A stretch of DNA of 64,000 nucleotides from Methanosarcinales archaeon (GCA_030627385.1 DAOUSF010000002.1:662-64661), one strand, 5' to 3'; numbered from the stretch's first letter, positions 41,045 to 51,276 are shown. Numbers and translations are program-made. Notes: generated by a model from the sequence alone, not told the origin.

Positions 41045-42220
41045 ATGGATGTAGTAACAAAATTTTACGTTGAAACAGACCTGCCCATTAAAGAAGCGGC
41101 AGGTGCCATTGCAGCCGAGCAGTCAACTGGCACGTGGACAGAGGTCAGCACCTTAAAGGAAGGTGATCCGGCACACCGGCTGGATGGAAAGGTACTGACA
41201 GCAGAAGGTACCAATGTGGAGATAGGATTCCCTGTAGAACTGTTCGAACCAGGTAATATCCCACAGTACCTCTCTGTCATCGCAGGTAACCTGTTCGGCC
41301 TGGGTGCATTAAAGAATATCAAGCTTGTTGATGTGGAATTTCCAGACGAACTGTTAAAGGCACATTCAGGGCCGCGTTATGGTATCAGGGAAGCCCGGAA
41401 TATCCTGGGCGTGCATGAGCGCCCCCTGGTGGGTACGATCATAAAACCAAAGGTTGGCCTGGACCCAAAACAGACGGCACAGGTGGCATATAACGCTGCA
41501 ATGGGCGGTCTTGACCTGATAAAAGATGATGAGACCCTGACAGACCAGCAGTTCTGTCCCCTGGAAGAACGGCTGACAAAGGTCATGGATATGCTCGACA
41601 AGGCCGAAAACCAGACCGGTCAGAAGGTTTTCTATGCAGTCAATGTGACCACAGGGGCAGCACAGATAGTGGACAGGGCTCGTAAGGCAGTGGAACTGGG
41701 TGCCAATATGGTTATGGTGGACGTGCTGACATCAGGATTTGATGCACTGCAGGAACTGTCTGCCAATATCGATGTCCCGATCCATGTGCACAGGACCATG
41801 CACGGTGCCATGACACGTAACAAGAAGCACGGCATTTCCATGCTGGTAATATCAAAGCTGGTAAGGATGGCAGGCGGTACCAATTTGCATACAGGAAGCT
41901 ACCACGGCAAGATGGACATAGATACGATAGAAAACGACCGCTGCCGGGACGCCCTCAGGGGCGAGTGGTCAGGTCTTAAAAGTATATTCCCGGTTGCCTC
42001 AGGCGGCTTAAGCCCGCTAAATGTGGCACCCAACCTGGACGGCTATGGCATGGACTGCATTGTACAGGCCGGCGGCGGCGTACACGGACATCCGGGAGGT
42101 ACTACCCCCGGTGCCAGGGCCATGCGCCAGGCAGTGGATGCCTGGGTGGAAGGAACATCTGCGAACGAATATGCCAAAAACCACCCTGAACTTGAAAAGG
42201 CGATTAAAAAATGGGGCTGA
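41045..42220 (+). CDS. rbcL: RuBisCO large subunit, form III type (391 aa)
   Basis: EQSTGTWTEV, IIKPKVGL, LIKDDE, HVHRTMH, LHTGSYHGKM, VASGG, QAGGGVHGHPGG. Start trimmed to ATG 41045. Confidence 0.88.
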   Translation: MDVVTKFYVETDLPIKEAAGAIAAEQSTGTWTEVSTLKEGDPAHRLDGKVLTAEGTNVEIGFPVELFEPGNIPQYLSVIAGNLFGLGALKNIKLVDVEFPDELLKAHSGPRYGIREARNILGVHERPLVGTIIKPKVGLDPKQTAQVAYNAAMGGLDLIKDDETLTDQQFCPLEERLTKVMDMLDKAENQTGQKVFYAVNVTTGAAQIVDRARKAVELGANMVMVDVLTSGFDALQELSANIDVPIHVHRTMHGAMTRNKKHGISMLVISKLVRMAGGTNLHTGSYHGKMDIDTIENDRCRDALRGEWSGLKSIFPVASGGLSPLNVAPNLDGYGMDCIVQAGGGVHGHPGGTTPGARAMRQAVDAWVEGTSANEYAKNHPELEKAIKKWG

Positions 42221-42234
42221 TATTTATATATTAT

Positions 42235-42266
42235 ATCACATCATTTTATAATCATATCATTTCATA
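42235..42266 (+). repeat. Tandem 16-mer ATCACATCATTTTATA / ATCATATCATTTCATA (14 of 16 identical)
   Basis: Read directly from the sequence. It contains TTTATA-like TATA candidates 40-70 nt upstream of the small ORF and the aroK operon. Confidence 0.5.
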
Positions 42267-42305
42267 ACAAGAATATAATTACCAATTCATGTTGAGGTGA
42301 ACTAT

Positions 42306-42467
42306 TTGACATGCCCCTATATATCAGGTGTCTGGTGTAAACTGGATCCAAAATTCCATAAGCCAAAGGCTGATGAAATAAAAGAGTACTGCTCCAGTGA
42401 TGATAACTACATCAATTGTTCTGTCTATGAAAAATACACGAGCATAGAAGGCAACGGCTGCATTTAA
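42306..42467 (+). CDS. Small Cys-rich hypothetical protein (53 aa, TTG start)
   Basis: Not in the track. GAGGTGA, 5 nt, then TTG. My translation is (M)TCPYISGVWCKLDPKFHKPKADEIKEYCSSDDNYINCSVYEKYTSIEGNGCI, with 5 Cys. GTG 42297 is an alternative start. Confidence 0.4.
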   Translation: MTCPYISGVWCKLDPKFHKPKADEIKEYCSSDDNYINCSVYEKYTSIEGNGCI

Positions 42468-42483
42468 GAATGTCTTACTATCA

Positions 42484-43335
42484 ATGACCACTACAGGATA
42501 TGCCAGTGCTCCAGGCGCAGGTACGATAATTAATGCCATAGCTACCTGGAAAGGTTCAGCCTTCGGGATAGACTTAAAGACAAATGCAAAAGTCCGGCTA
42601 AATGGTGATGGCAGGATTACCGGGATCATTAAAGAAGGAGGTGACCCGGGACTTATCGAAAGATGTGTCGAACTGGTGTTTGAGCATTTCGGTTACCAGG
42701 GCGGTGCTGCAGTAACAACTTCAAGCGAGATACCTATTGCATCGGGCCTTAAAAGCAGCAGTGCGGCTGCCAATGCTGCGGTACTGGCAGCCCTGGATGC
42801 CATCGGTGGAAGTATGGAACCCGTAGATGCCGCCCTTATCGGTGTACATGCTGCAAAGGATGCAGGGGTCACCATTACCGGTGCTTTTGATGACGCAGCA
42901 GCATCGATGCTGGGTGGTCTGGTGGTCACAGACAACAGGTCATCAACCCTGATATTAAGGGAAGAACTGGATTCTGAAGTGATAATATATGCACCAAAAA
43001 CAGTGGCATACAGCTCACAGACAAATGTAGGGCGCTCAAGGCTGATCGCTCCCTGGGTGGATATGGCATACGACCTCTGCATCAAGGGAGAATATGGAAA
43101 AGCCATGACCTTAAACGGTTTTTTGTACTGCAGTGCTTTAGGGTTCGACCCTGAACCCATGATGATGGCACTGGAAACAGGTATTGAAGGTGTGAGTCTG
43201 TCAGGCACCGGTCCCGCATATACTGCATTGGCGAGCGGGGAACGGGTCGGTGAACTGATAGATGCCTGGTCGGCACTGGATGGAAGGGTTATAAGGACAA
43301 AGATAAATAACAGTGGTGCAAAGGTACAAAGGTAG
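42484..43335 (+). CDS. aroK: Shikimate kinase, archaeal GHMP-kinase type
   Basis: ASAPGAGTIINAIATWKGSAFGIDL and PIASGLKSSSAAANA (GHMP motif). Confidence 0.88.
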   Translation: MTTTGYASAPGAGTIINAIATWKGSAFGIDLKTNAKVRLNGDGRITGIIKEGGDPGLIERCVELVFEHFGYQGGAAVTTSSEIPIASGLKSSSAAANAAVLAALDAIGGSMEPVDAALIGVHAAKDAGVTITGAFDDAAASMLGGLVVTDNRSSTLILREELDSEVIIYAPKTVAYSSQTNVGRSRLIAPWVDMAYDLCIKGEYGKAMTLNGFLYCSALGFDPEPMMMALETGIEGVSLSGTGPAYTALASGERVGELIDAWSALDGRVIRTKINNSGAKVQR

Positions 43336-43343
43336 TGGCCCCT

Positions 43344-43631
43344 ATGAAAAAACTTTCCGAAATTAGAATAGAGATTGAGAACATCGACCGCGAGATAATC
43401 AGGTTAATAGGGAACAGGACTAACCTGGCCAGAGATGTACTTGAAGCAAAGAAACATGAAAGTCTCCCTATAAATGATGAAAAACAGAATCAGGCAGTCA
43501 TGGAAAGGGTTGCAAATATTGCCACCGAATGCGGGCTTGATTCAGGTGAAGTGAAAAATATATTTAGAATACTTATTAAAATGAGTATCGAGCGCCAGCA
43601 TGAGCTAAGTGGTGAGGGAAACCTACCGTAA
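43344..43631 (+). CDS. Chorismate mutase (AroQ class)
   Basis: LSEIRIEIENIDREIIRLIGNRTNLARDVLEAKK. The ORF also opens at GTG 43335. Confidence 0.85.
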   Translation: MKKLSEIRIEIENIDREIIRLIGNRTNLARDVLEAKKHESLPINDEKQNQAVMERVANIATECGLDSGEVKNIFRILIKMSIERQHELSGEGNLP

Positions 43632-43657
43632 AAAACTGCAACAATTATTTGTCGCAG

Positions 43658-44050
43658 CTATTTTATAAGGAATCTTATCAGGTCTCTGTCCATCTGGCTT
43701 TCACGTTCGAACTTATCGATGATCTGTTCTTCAGATAGCCCTTCAGTTCTTGACGCTTTTACTTTCTCAAAGAATGCCGGGTTTATCTCATAGTACTCAT
43801 TTATATCTTTCCTATGTCCCCATACATCCCCTTCCAGTAAAGCAACATTTTGCATTTCCAGGAACATCCTGGTGGAGTCTGAGATGGTTTTCATAAATGA
43901 ACTGGCAACATGTATCGCCTTTAGTTTTGGGCACATGTTTGCCAGGACCATTATATCCTTATTTGACGGCCTGAATGTGAGATGTATCATCTCTTCATTC
44001 TTGTTCAGCGTATCAATTTCATCCTTAGAACTTACTACTCTAATTTTCAT
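43658..44050 (-). CDS. Hypothetical protein (130 aa)
   Basis: Clean ORF. I cannot assign a family with confidence. Confidence 0.55.
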   Translation of the reverse strand: MKIRVVSSKDEIDTLNKNEEMIHLTFRPSNKDIMVLANMCPKLKAIHVASSFMKTISDSTRMFLEMQNVALLEGDVWGHRKDINEYYEINPAFFEKVKASRTEGLSEEQIIDKFERESQMDRDLIRFLIK

Positions 44051-44166
44051 TTAATTCACAATATACTAAACATCTTTATGATATTTAAACCTTTATACTT
44101 CGGAACAAATATAATCTCAGCTTTAATTATTAAATATTGATTATTAAAAATGTTTCCGTGATTGTA

Positions 44167-44826
44167 TCAATCCGTGATATAAGTCATACCGCTACTGTCA
44201 TGCACTGCAATGGTATATCCCTTACACCCCTTGCTGGAATAAAACCTGGCGGGTTCCCAATCCTCAAATCCTTCAAGGTTTTCCAATAACCTGATCTCTT
44301 CAGTGATCTCTGCCAGAAGCCTACCCTTAAGCAGTTCGGCAAGCTTAATGGCATCCTCCTCGTTCATTGGTCGTCCTACCCCTTTGCATTCTGATACGAT
44401 TATATCGGGTTTTGCGCCTCCATTTGTAAATCCCAGGAAGAACGGGTATGTACTGCATATCCATGGTCTTTGCTGATATAACATGCAGTTATTGTCAGCC
44501 TGTATGAATATACAATCCCCACTGCTGTGCCTTTTTAGCACCCATTCAAAACAATGGAGGATGCCGCTGTCATCTATGAATTGTGGTATTGAATGTTCAC
44601 AAACATCGTCCGGGGTCATCCCATGGGTGTCCATTATCAGTCGTATCTCATCCGGGAACAGGATTACTGTGTTATCACCAGACCTGGCACGGCAGCATTC
44701 ACCACACCTCATACATTCAAAACCTATTGAAACAAGCTGTTTGGCCATTTCATTAATACTTAGCTTGTCAGCCATGGATAATTTAACTTTCAGGTAATTG
44801 ACAGCATCCAGTATATTGAATCTCAT
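44167..44826 (-). CDS. YkgJ/UPF0153-type zinc/iron-chelating Cys-cluster protein
   Basis: CMRCGECC motif plus further Cys residues. Start is ambiguous (GTG 44868, ATG 44826 or ATG 44775). Confidence 0.65.
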   Translation of the reverse strand: MRFNILDAVNYLKVKLSMADKLSINEMAKQLVSIGFECMRCGECCRARSGDNTVILFPDEIRLIMDTHGMTPDDVCEHSIPQFIDDSGILHCFEWVLKRHSSGDCIFIQADNNCMLYQQRPWICSTYPFFLGFTNGGAKPDIIVSECKGVGRPMNEEDAIKLAELLKGRLLAEITEEIRLLENLEGFEDWEPARFYSSKGCKGYTIAVHDSSGMTYITD

Positions 44827-44917
44827 AATCCTGTCCAAATAGATGCGGTTTACCGATAAAGTTAACACCTAATATGATTTCAACGTATTGCAATATATAT
44901 AATATTCTGGTGTTATT

Positions 44918-45640
44918 ATGAAACAAATAATTCTTGTGTTCCTTATGTGCTTTACGCTTGCAGTGCTTGTTCCGGGATGCCTGCAGACTAAAGAAGTAAA
45001 TCCTGCATATGTTAACCAGACAACGCTTGACAATCTGGGCTGGATCATGTCAGGCGAACCACAGGTAGAGAGCATGAGCCAGATGGTCGGTGATGTTGAG
45101 GTCGTTATGAACACTGCCACAGTAAATTACATTGATGAAGCTCTTATGATGGACATTAACCGACAGATAACTGACCTGGGCGTTACTAAAGATTCAGGTA
45201 ACAGTGAAGCGCAATTCACTTCTTTGTTCATGACTATCAGGGTGGCTTTGCCTGCAGGCATTGCCTTACCCGAACAGGTACTTACAGGGATAATTGATGC
45301 ATCCATCCAGAATATGGATCCGGGTAGTGACATAAAGGAATTCTACCAGGTGGGTGAAGAGACTGTCACAATAAATACTGGTTCCAATGTCCAGGCCAGA
45401 TCATATGAGGGCTACATTGAAAGCAATGATAGTGGTGAAGATGTTAAGCTTAAAATCCGTGGAGTAATTGCCTCCTGGTCTGACGAGGGCACTACCACCA
45501 TTGTATTAGGAGTATTACCTGCTGAGGATATGATTTTAAAAGTACCTACTGAAGTGAGGAGGTCGGAAACCCTTACCATAGCTATCAATGAAGAGCAGGA
45601 ATACCAGGATATCCTGGCACTTATTCAAAACGTGGAATAA
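44918..45640 (+). CDS. Putative lipoprotein, unknown function
   Basis: Signal peptide with the lipobox-like LVPGC. No recognised domain. Confidence 0.6.
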   Translation: MKQIILVFLMCFTLAVLVPGCLQTKEVNPAYVNQTTLDNLGWIMSGEPQVESMSQMVGDVEVVMNTATVNYIDEALMMDINRQITDLGVTKDSGNSEAQFTSLFMTIRVALPAGIALPEQVLTGIIDASIQNMDPGSDIKEFYQVGEETVTINTGSNVQARSYEGYIESNDSGEDVKLKIRGVIASWSDEGTTTIVLGVLPAEDMILKVPTEVRRSETLTIAINEEQEYQDILALIQNVE

Positions 45641-45645
45641 ACTGT

Positions 45646-46167
45646 TTACCGGATCTTTTTAGCAGCCAGCTCGATGGCAGCGATCAAGCTATCTCTTGGC
45701 ATTATTGTAGCAACCGGTATGGTGAGCACTTTTTCCACTGTAGGACTGACGATGGGTGCACATACGAGCGCCGTGGCCCCATCCTGTTCGGCCTTTATGG
45801 CTGCTACGATCGCTTCTTCCATAGTCGTAGCCGAATATTCGCGGATTGTTATCAGCCGGCCGTCTATCTGCATCTTTTTCTCAATGATACCATCAAGTAC
45901 CGGCCTGGCCGCAATAACAGCTATAAACTCACTATGTTCGGTACCTTCCAGTTTTTTAATGGTTTTCACGATCTCCCTTACGGTCTTCATGTTGGAATCC
46001 CTGTGGCCCGAGAGTATCTTATATAGCGTACTGGCAGGTATTCCTGAAACTTTACTAAATTCTGCTGCAGTAATTCCCAGGTCATCCTTTATCACCCTGG
46101 ATAACGTTTCCTGGAATATCTCATCTGATTCAAATGCTGCCTTAATAACTTTTTCTGCTGCGATCAT
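45646..46167 (-). CDS. XRE-type HTH transcriptional regulator with C-terminal alpha/beta domain
   Basis: GITAAEFSKVSGIPASTLYKILSG HTH motif. Confidence 0.7.
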   Translation of the reverse strand: MIAAEKVIKAAFESDEIFQETLSRVIKDDLGITAAEFSKVSGIPASTLYKILSGHRDSNMKTVREIVKTIKKLEGTEHSEFIAVIAARPVLDGIIEKKMQIDGRLITIREYSATTMEEAIVAAIKAEQDGATALVCAPIVSPTVEKVLTIPVATIMPRDSLIAAIELAAKKIR

Positions 46168-46202
46168 TCCTTCACCTATTTATTTCCAGTTACATTCAAG
46201 CG

Positions 46203-46232
46203 TTTACCAATACAATAGTATAATTTACCAAT
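46203..46232. promoter_or_regulatory. Direct repeat TTTACCAAT-N12-TTTACCAAT (21-nt phasing) in a divergent promoter region
   Basis: Two perfect 9-mers at 46203 and 46224, between the XRE regulator gene and the ABC importer operon. Confidence 0.25.
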
Positions 46233-46342
46233 TTATTTAATACTTCTGTACACTACAAAGCTGATAATTGGAAATGGTTATATGTGTAGCATTCATGGTT
46301 TTTCATTAAAAAATAATAAAATCAAGTTACAGAGGTTTGGAA

Positions 46343-47338
46343 ATGATAATACAACCATTGAAAATAATAGCCGCAATTCTAATAACCGGAATAATCCTTG
46401 TATCAGGATGTACGGCCCCCCAAAAGACCGAACTCAGGTTCGGATACCAGCCCAGTACACACCAGATCGCATACATGGCCGCCGATGCCAATGGCTGGTG
46501 GCTGGAAGATCTGGCACCCTACGGCATTACGTCTACCAAGGATTACCTGTTCCCGACCGGTGCCCCTGAAATGCAGGCCATGCTTGCAGGGGAGATTGAT
46601 GTGGCTTATGTTGGATCCACGCCACCACTTTCCGCAATAGACCAGGGACTTGAGGCAAAGATCGTAGCCGGGGCACAGACACAGGGTTCAGATCTGGTGC
46701 TGGCAACTGACCTGCCCTATGAGTCTCCACAGGACCTTGAAGGTCTCAAGATAGCTACGTTCCCACCCGGTACCCTTCAGGATACAGTACTCAGGAAATG
46801 GCTTTTGGATAATGATATTGACCCTGATGAGAATGTTACCATTCTGGGCATGGGAGGCGCAGAGGCTAAAACTGCACTAGCTTCAGGTAATGTGGATGCC
46901 GTATTCCTGCCCCACCCCAATCCTACTATCATAGAGTCAGAAGGATATGGCAAGGTCGTAGTACAATCTGGAAAGATGTGGCCCGATCATGCATGCTGTG
47001 TAGTACTGGTCAGCCAGGAACTGATCGATGAGCACCCGGAAATTGTTGAGCAGATTGTAAAGACCCATATCAAAGCCACCCAATATATTATAGATAATCC
47101 CGATGAAGCTGCCCGAATATTCTCAGATGATATCGGAGTGTCTTATAACATTTCAAGCCAATCCATACAGGACTGGGATGGAGAGTGGGTAAGTGACCCT
47201 AACATTGAACTGGCTACCGCACTGGAATATGCTAAAGTGCAGTATGACCTGGGTTATACAGATAAACTGCTGACACAGGATGACCTGTTCGACCTGAGTT
47301 TCTACAATAAGGTAATAGCGCAGATGGGTGAAGAGTAA
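46343..47338 (+). CDS. ABC transporter substrate-binding lipoprotein (NitT/TauT, SsuA/NMT1-like)
   Basis: AGAGG SD then ATG 46343. Lipobox LVSGC. Followed by the permease and ATPase genes. Confidence 0.8.
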   Translation: MIIQPLKIIAAILITGIILVSGCTAPQKTELRFGYQPSTHQIAYMAADANGWWLEDLAPYGITSTKDYLFPTGAPEMQAMLAGEIDVAYVGSTPPLSAIDQGLEAKIVAGAQTQGSDLVLATDLPYESPQDLEGLKIATFPPGTLQDTVLRKWLLDNDIDPDENVTILGMGGAEAKTALASGNVDAVFLPHPNPTIIESEGYGKVVVQSGKMWPDHACCVVLVSQELIDEHPEIVEQIVKTHIKATQYIIDNPDEAARIFSDDIGVSYNISSQSIQDWDGEWVSDPNIELATALEYAKVQYDLGYTDKLLTQDDLFDLSFYNKVIAQMGEE

Positions 47339-47371
47339 AGCTCTTCATCCATTAACCCCTTTTTTAGGTGC

Positions 47372-48151
47372 ATGGGACAATTCCTTGATGTGAGGAGACG
47401 GACACTTGAAATTACATCCGTAGCATCTGCTATCATCATATGGGAGATCATTGCAAGGATCATTAATAAGAAATATATCCTGCCCAGTTTTTCACAAGTA
47501 GGTGCTGCTTTTTTAGAACTTGCCAGTGGGGGCGAACTGTACAGGGATATAATTACGAGTCTCAACTTTTTTGCCATAGGGATGGGAGTAGCCATTGCAG
47601 TTGGTATCCCCTTGGGTATCATGATGGGATGGTTCAAGACCATTGATAAGGCAATTGACCCGATAATCGAAATGATACGGCCTATCCCGCCCCTGGCATG
47701 GATACCTTTCGCCATCCTGTGGTTCGGGCTTACAAAATATGCCGCAGGATTTGTTATCTTTGTGGGAGCGGTGTTCCCCATTCTTGTGAACACCTACACA
47801 GGATTCAGGAACACGCCAAGGGTCCTGGTGGAATCGGGAATGGTGCTGGGTTGTATCAAAAACAGGGACCTGATCTTCAGGATCGCCCTGCCTGCAGCCC
47901 TGCCTTCAATTGCAACCGGTGTTCGTGTGGGCATGGGAGTGGGCTGGATGTGTGTGGTGGCAGCAGAAATGTTTGGTGTAAGTAAATACGGTATTGGATG
48001 GAAGATATGGCACTGGAACGACCTGCACCACATGGACCTGGTGCTGACATACATGCTTGTGCTTGGCTTTATCGCATTGGTGATAGACAGGCTTTTCAGG
48101 TATATCGTACAGGAATGGTGGCTGAAATGGCAGACAGGGGTTGTGGTGTAG
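47372..48151 (+). CDS. ABC transporter permease (NitT/TauT family)
   Basis: Six TM segments. The EAA-like loop region contains ALPAALPSIATGVRVGMG. Confidence 0.85.
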   Translation: MGQFLDVRRRTLEITSVASAIIIWEIIARIINKKYILPSFSQVGAAFLELASGGELYRDIITSLNFFAIGMGVAIAVGIPLGIMMGWFKTIDKAIDPIIEMIRPIPPLAWIPFAILWFGLTKYAAGFVIFVGAVFPILVNTYTGFRNTPRVLVESGMVLGCIKNRDLIFRIALPAALPSIATGVRVGMGVGWMCVVAAEMFGVSKYGIGWKIWHWNDLHHMDLVLTYMLVLGFIALVIDRLFRYIVQEWWLKWQTGVVV

Positions 48152-48163
48152 AAGGATTGTGTT

Positions 48164-48925
<762 letters not shown>

Positions 48926-48992
48926 TATATCCCAGGATAGTAATGTTTTTATTATTAATTATTAATCATTGATTTACTAAAATGGTGACTAT

Positions 48993-50507
48993 ATGGAATT
49001 ATCAGTTCGATCAATTGACATTAATGCAGGCAAACACAAGGTTATATTAAACAACCAGGACGCAAAGGAACTGGGAGTAATGGCAGGAGACAGGGTCAGG
49101 CTCAAGGACCACGGATATCTCACTGCCATTGTCGATACTACTGATGATATGATAAGCCAGGGTACTATGGGGGCATATCACGAGGTCATGGAACACATAG
49201 ACGGGACCGGTACCATTGAGATCACTCCTGCCACAAAACCTGCATCTATTGGAACTATTAAGAAAATAATGAATGCACAAAAGATCAGCCGTGAAGAAAT
49301 CTACGAGCTGGTTGGTGACATTGTGAAAGAAAATCTCAGTGATATTGAGATCGCTGCATTCATAACAGCAACTCATATGAACTGCCTGCCTGCCCGGGAG
49401 ACTGAATGGCTGACCAGGGCAATGATCGATACTGGTGAGAAGATCGAGTTCGATACACATCCGATCATGGACAAGCACAGCATCGGGGGCGTACCAGGGA
49501 ACAAGATATCACTGCTCATTGTACCTATAGTAGCAGCTGCCGGGCTCCTGATACCAAAGACCAGCAGCCGGGCCATTACAGGTGCGGGAGGTACTGCTGA
49601 TCTTATGGAAATACTTGCTCCTGTAGAATTCCCTGCCGATGAGATCAAGTCTATGACCGAAAAGGCAGGTGGTGTCATTGTCTGGGGCGGTGCCACCAAT
49701 ATAGCGCCTGCTGATGACAAATTGATCAAGGTGGAATACCCGCTGTCGCTTGACCCGAGCTGCCAGCTGCTGGCCAGTATCATGTCAAAAAAAGGTGCTG
49801 TTGGTGCTGATTGTGTTGTAATAGATATTCCAACCGGGGCCGGAACCAAGATATTGAATGTGGAAGAGGGCAGGGCCATGGCCAGGGGCATGATCGACCT
49901 TGGAGCCAGGCTGGGAATGCGGGTTGAATGTGCCATGACCTATGGTGCTTCACCGATAGGCAGGACAGTCGGCCCGGGACTGGAGGTAGTGGAGGCTCTT
50001 AATGTGCTGGAAACTATGCAAGGTCCGAACAGTCTTATCCAGAAAAGTGTGGGTCTTGCAGGTCTTATGCTTGAGATGGGCGGTGCCACCGGCAAGGGTA
50101 AGGGGCGGAACATGGCCTATGACATCCTGAAATCAGGTAAAGCTCTTGCGAAATTGCGCGAGATCATAGAGATTCAGGGCGGAAATCCTGACGTTGCTGT
50201 AAGTGATATTCCTGTAGGGGACAAAACCGCAAAGATCGTGGCCCCGGCTAACGGATATGTGGTTGAGTTCCATAATAAACGCATTGTTGAGATCGCCAGG
50301 CTGGCGGGTGCGCCCAGTGATAAAGGGGCAGGGGTCCTGATCCATAAAAAGAAGGGTGAGACTGTTAAGAAAGACGAGCCCATACTGACGATCTATGCCG
50401 AGAAGGAATGGAAACTCACCAATGCTATCGACAGTGCTAAAAAAGATTTACCTATTATAGTGGAAGGAATGTTGCTTGAAACCGTACAGGGTCATAGTGA
50501 AATATGA
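48993..50507 (+). CDS. deoA: AMP phosphorylase (archaeal thymidine-phosphorylase-family DeoA)
   Basis: 504 aa. Archaeal-specific N-terminal domain (LSVRSIDINAGKHKVILNNQDAKELGV) plus the nucleoside phosphorylase core (HSIGGVPGNK, TSSRAITGAGGTAD). Confidence 0.85.
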   Translation: MELSVRSIDINAGKHKVILNNQDAKELGVMAGDRVRLKDHGYLTAIVDTTDDMISQGTMGAYHEVMEHIDGTGTIEITPATKPASIGTIKKIMNAQKISREEIYELVGDIVKENLSDIEIAAFITATHMNCLPARETEWLTRAMIDTGEKIEFDTHPIMDKHSIGGVPGNKISLLIVPIVAAAGLLIPKTSSRAITGAGGTADLMEILAPVEFPADEIKSMTEKAGGVIVWGGATNIAPADDKLIKVEYPLSLDPSCQLLASIMSKKGAVGADCVVIDIPTGAGTKILNVEEGRAMARGMIDLGARLGMRVECAMTYGASPIGRTVGPGLEVVEALNVLETMQGPNSLIQKSVGLAGLMLEMGGATGKGKGRNMAYDILKSGKALAKLREIIEIQGGNPDVAVSDIPVGDKTAKIVAPANGYVVEFHNKRIVEIARLAGAPSDKGAGVLIHKKKGETVKKDEPILTIYAEKEWKLTNAIDSAKKDLPIIVEGMLLETVQGHSEI

Positions 50508-50550
50508 TCCCGCATTCAGAGATGGAATTAAGTTTTCATATGGAGATATA

Positions 50551-50910
50551 TCAAGCTTCCATATATTCTGTCATATTCTTTGAATGCTGCTTGACCAGGG
50601 TTTTCTCCAGTTTGAATGAATAAAAGAATATGACTGAGCCTTCAGGGACGTCATCCCATAGGTGGAGGTCTACACATTCTTTCCCGAACTCTTCCACAAG
50701 GCCCTGGTAAGTGGCAGCTTCTATTTTGTCCACGTTTATAGCAAAATCTTCAAGTTGCTTTTTCTGGCTGTTTCTTACCCTGTAAACGCCTTTATTGTAG
50801 AATATAGGTGAAACTAATGTGCTGTTACCGTGCTGAATGGTTTCGTCAATCTTGTAAGGATCCAGCTCGATGATGCTACCGATCCTGGATATGTCAAGTT
50901 TTTCCTCCAC
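50551..50910 (-). CDS. Hypothetical protein (119 aa, GTG start)
   Basis: Clean ORF in an AT-rich patch. No family recognised. Confidence 0.5.
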   Translation of the reverse strand: MEEKLDISRIGSIIELDPYKIDETIQHGNSTLVSPIFYNKGVYRVRNSQKKQLEDFAINVDKIEAATYQGLVEEFGKECVDLHLWDDVPEGSVIFFYSFKLEKTLVKQHSKNMTEYMEA

Positions 50911-51069
50911 GCTGGTACCTCTATATAAATTATGATATATGCTTATTATTCAAATTCAATAGTTTGACACAATATATAAAATCATGCATTTAATTATAGC
51001 AACTTTAATTATCCAATACGTTGTATCTGATTATTGAGAATCCAAATTATATGGAGTGAAATAATTGCC

Positions 51070-51276
51070 ATGTCTGAAAGGAAATATACAATAGAAACCA
51101 AGCGTTATATCGACGAGAATGGGCAAACAACCTTTGACAGCTGGACCACATCAGCCCAGGTCGTTGAAGTAAAACATGAAGAACAGTACCTTGTATTCTT
51201 CCCGCTTGAAGGGGACGATGCAGGTAAAAAACATTATATCCCTTTCGCCAATATCCATATTGTACGTGAACTCTGA
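51070..51276 (+). CDS. Hypothetical small protein (68 aa)
   Basis: ATG 51070 (MSERKYTIETKRY..). Divergent from the 119-aa gene. No family recognised. Confidence 0.45.
   Translation: MSERKYTIETKRYIDENGQTTFDSWTTSAQVVEVKHEEQYLVFFPLEGDDAGKKHYIPFANIHIVREL

Noticed and set aside
42324-42629. 101-aa minus-strand ORF between rbcL and aroK.
   Set aside because: It overlaps the well-supported aroK start and the SD-preceded plus-strand mini-ORF, and it has no recognisable motif.
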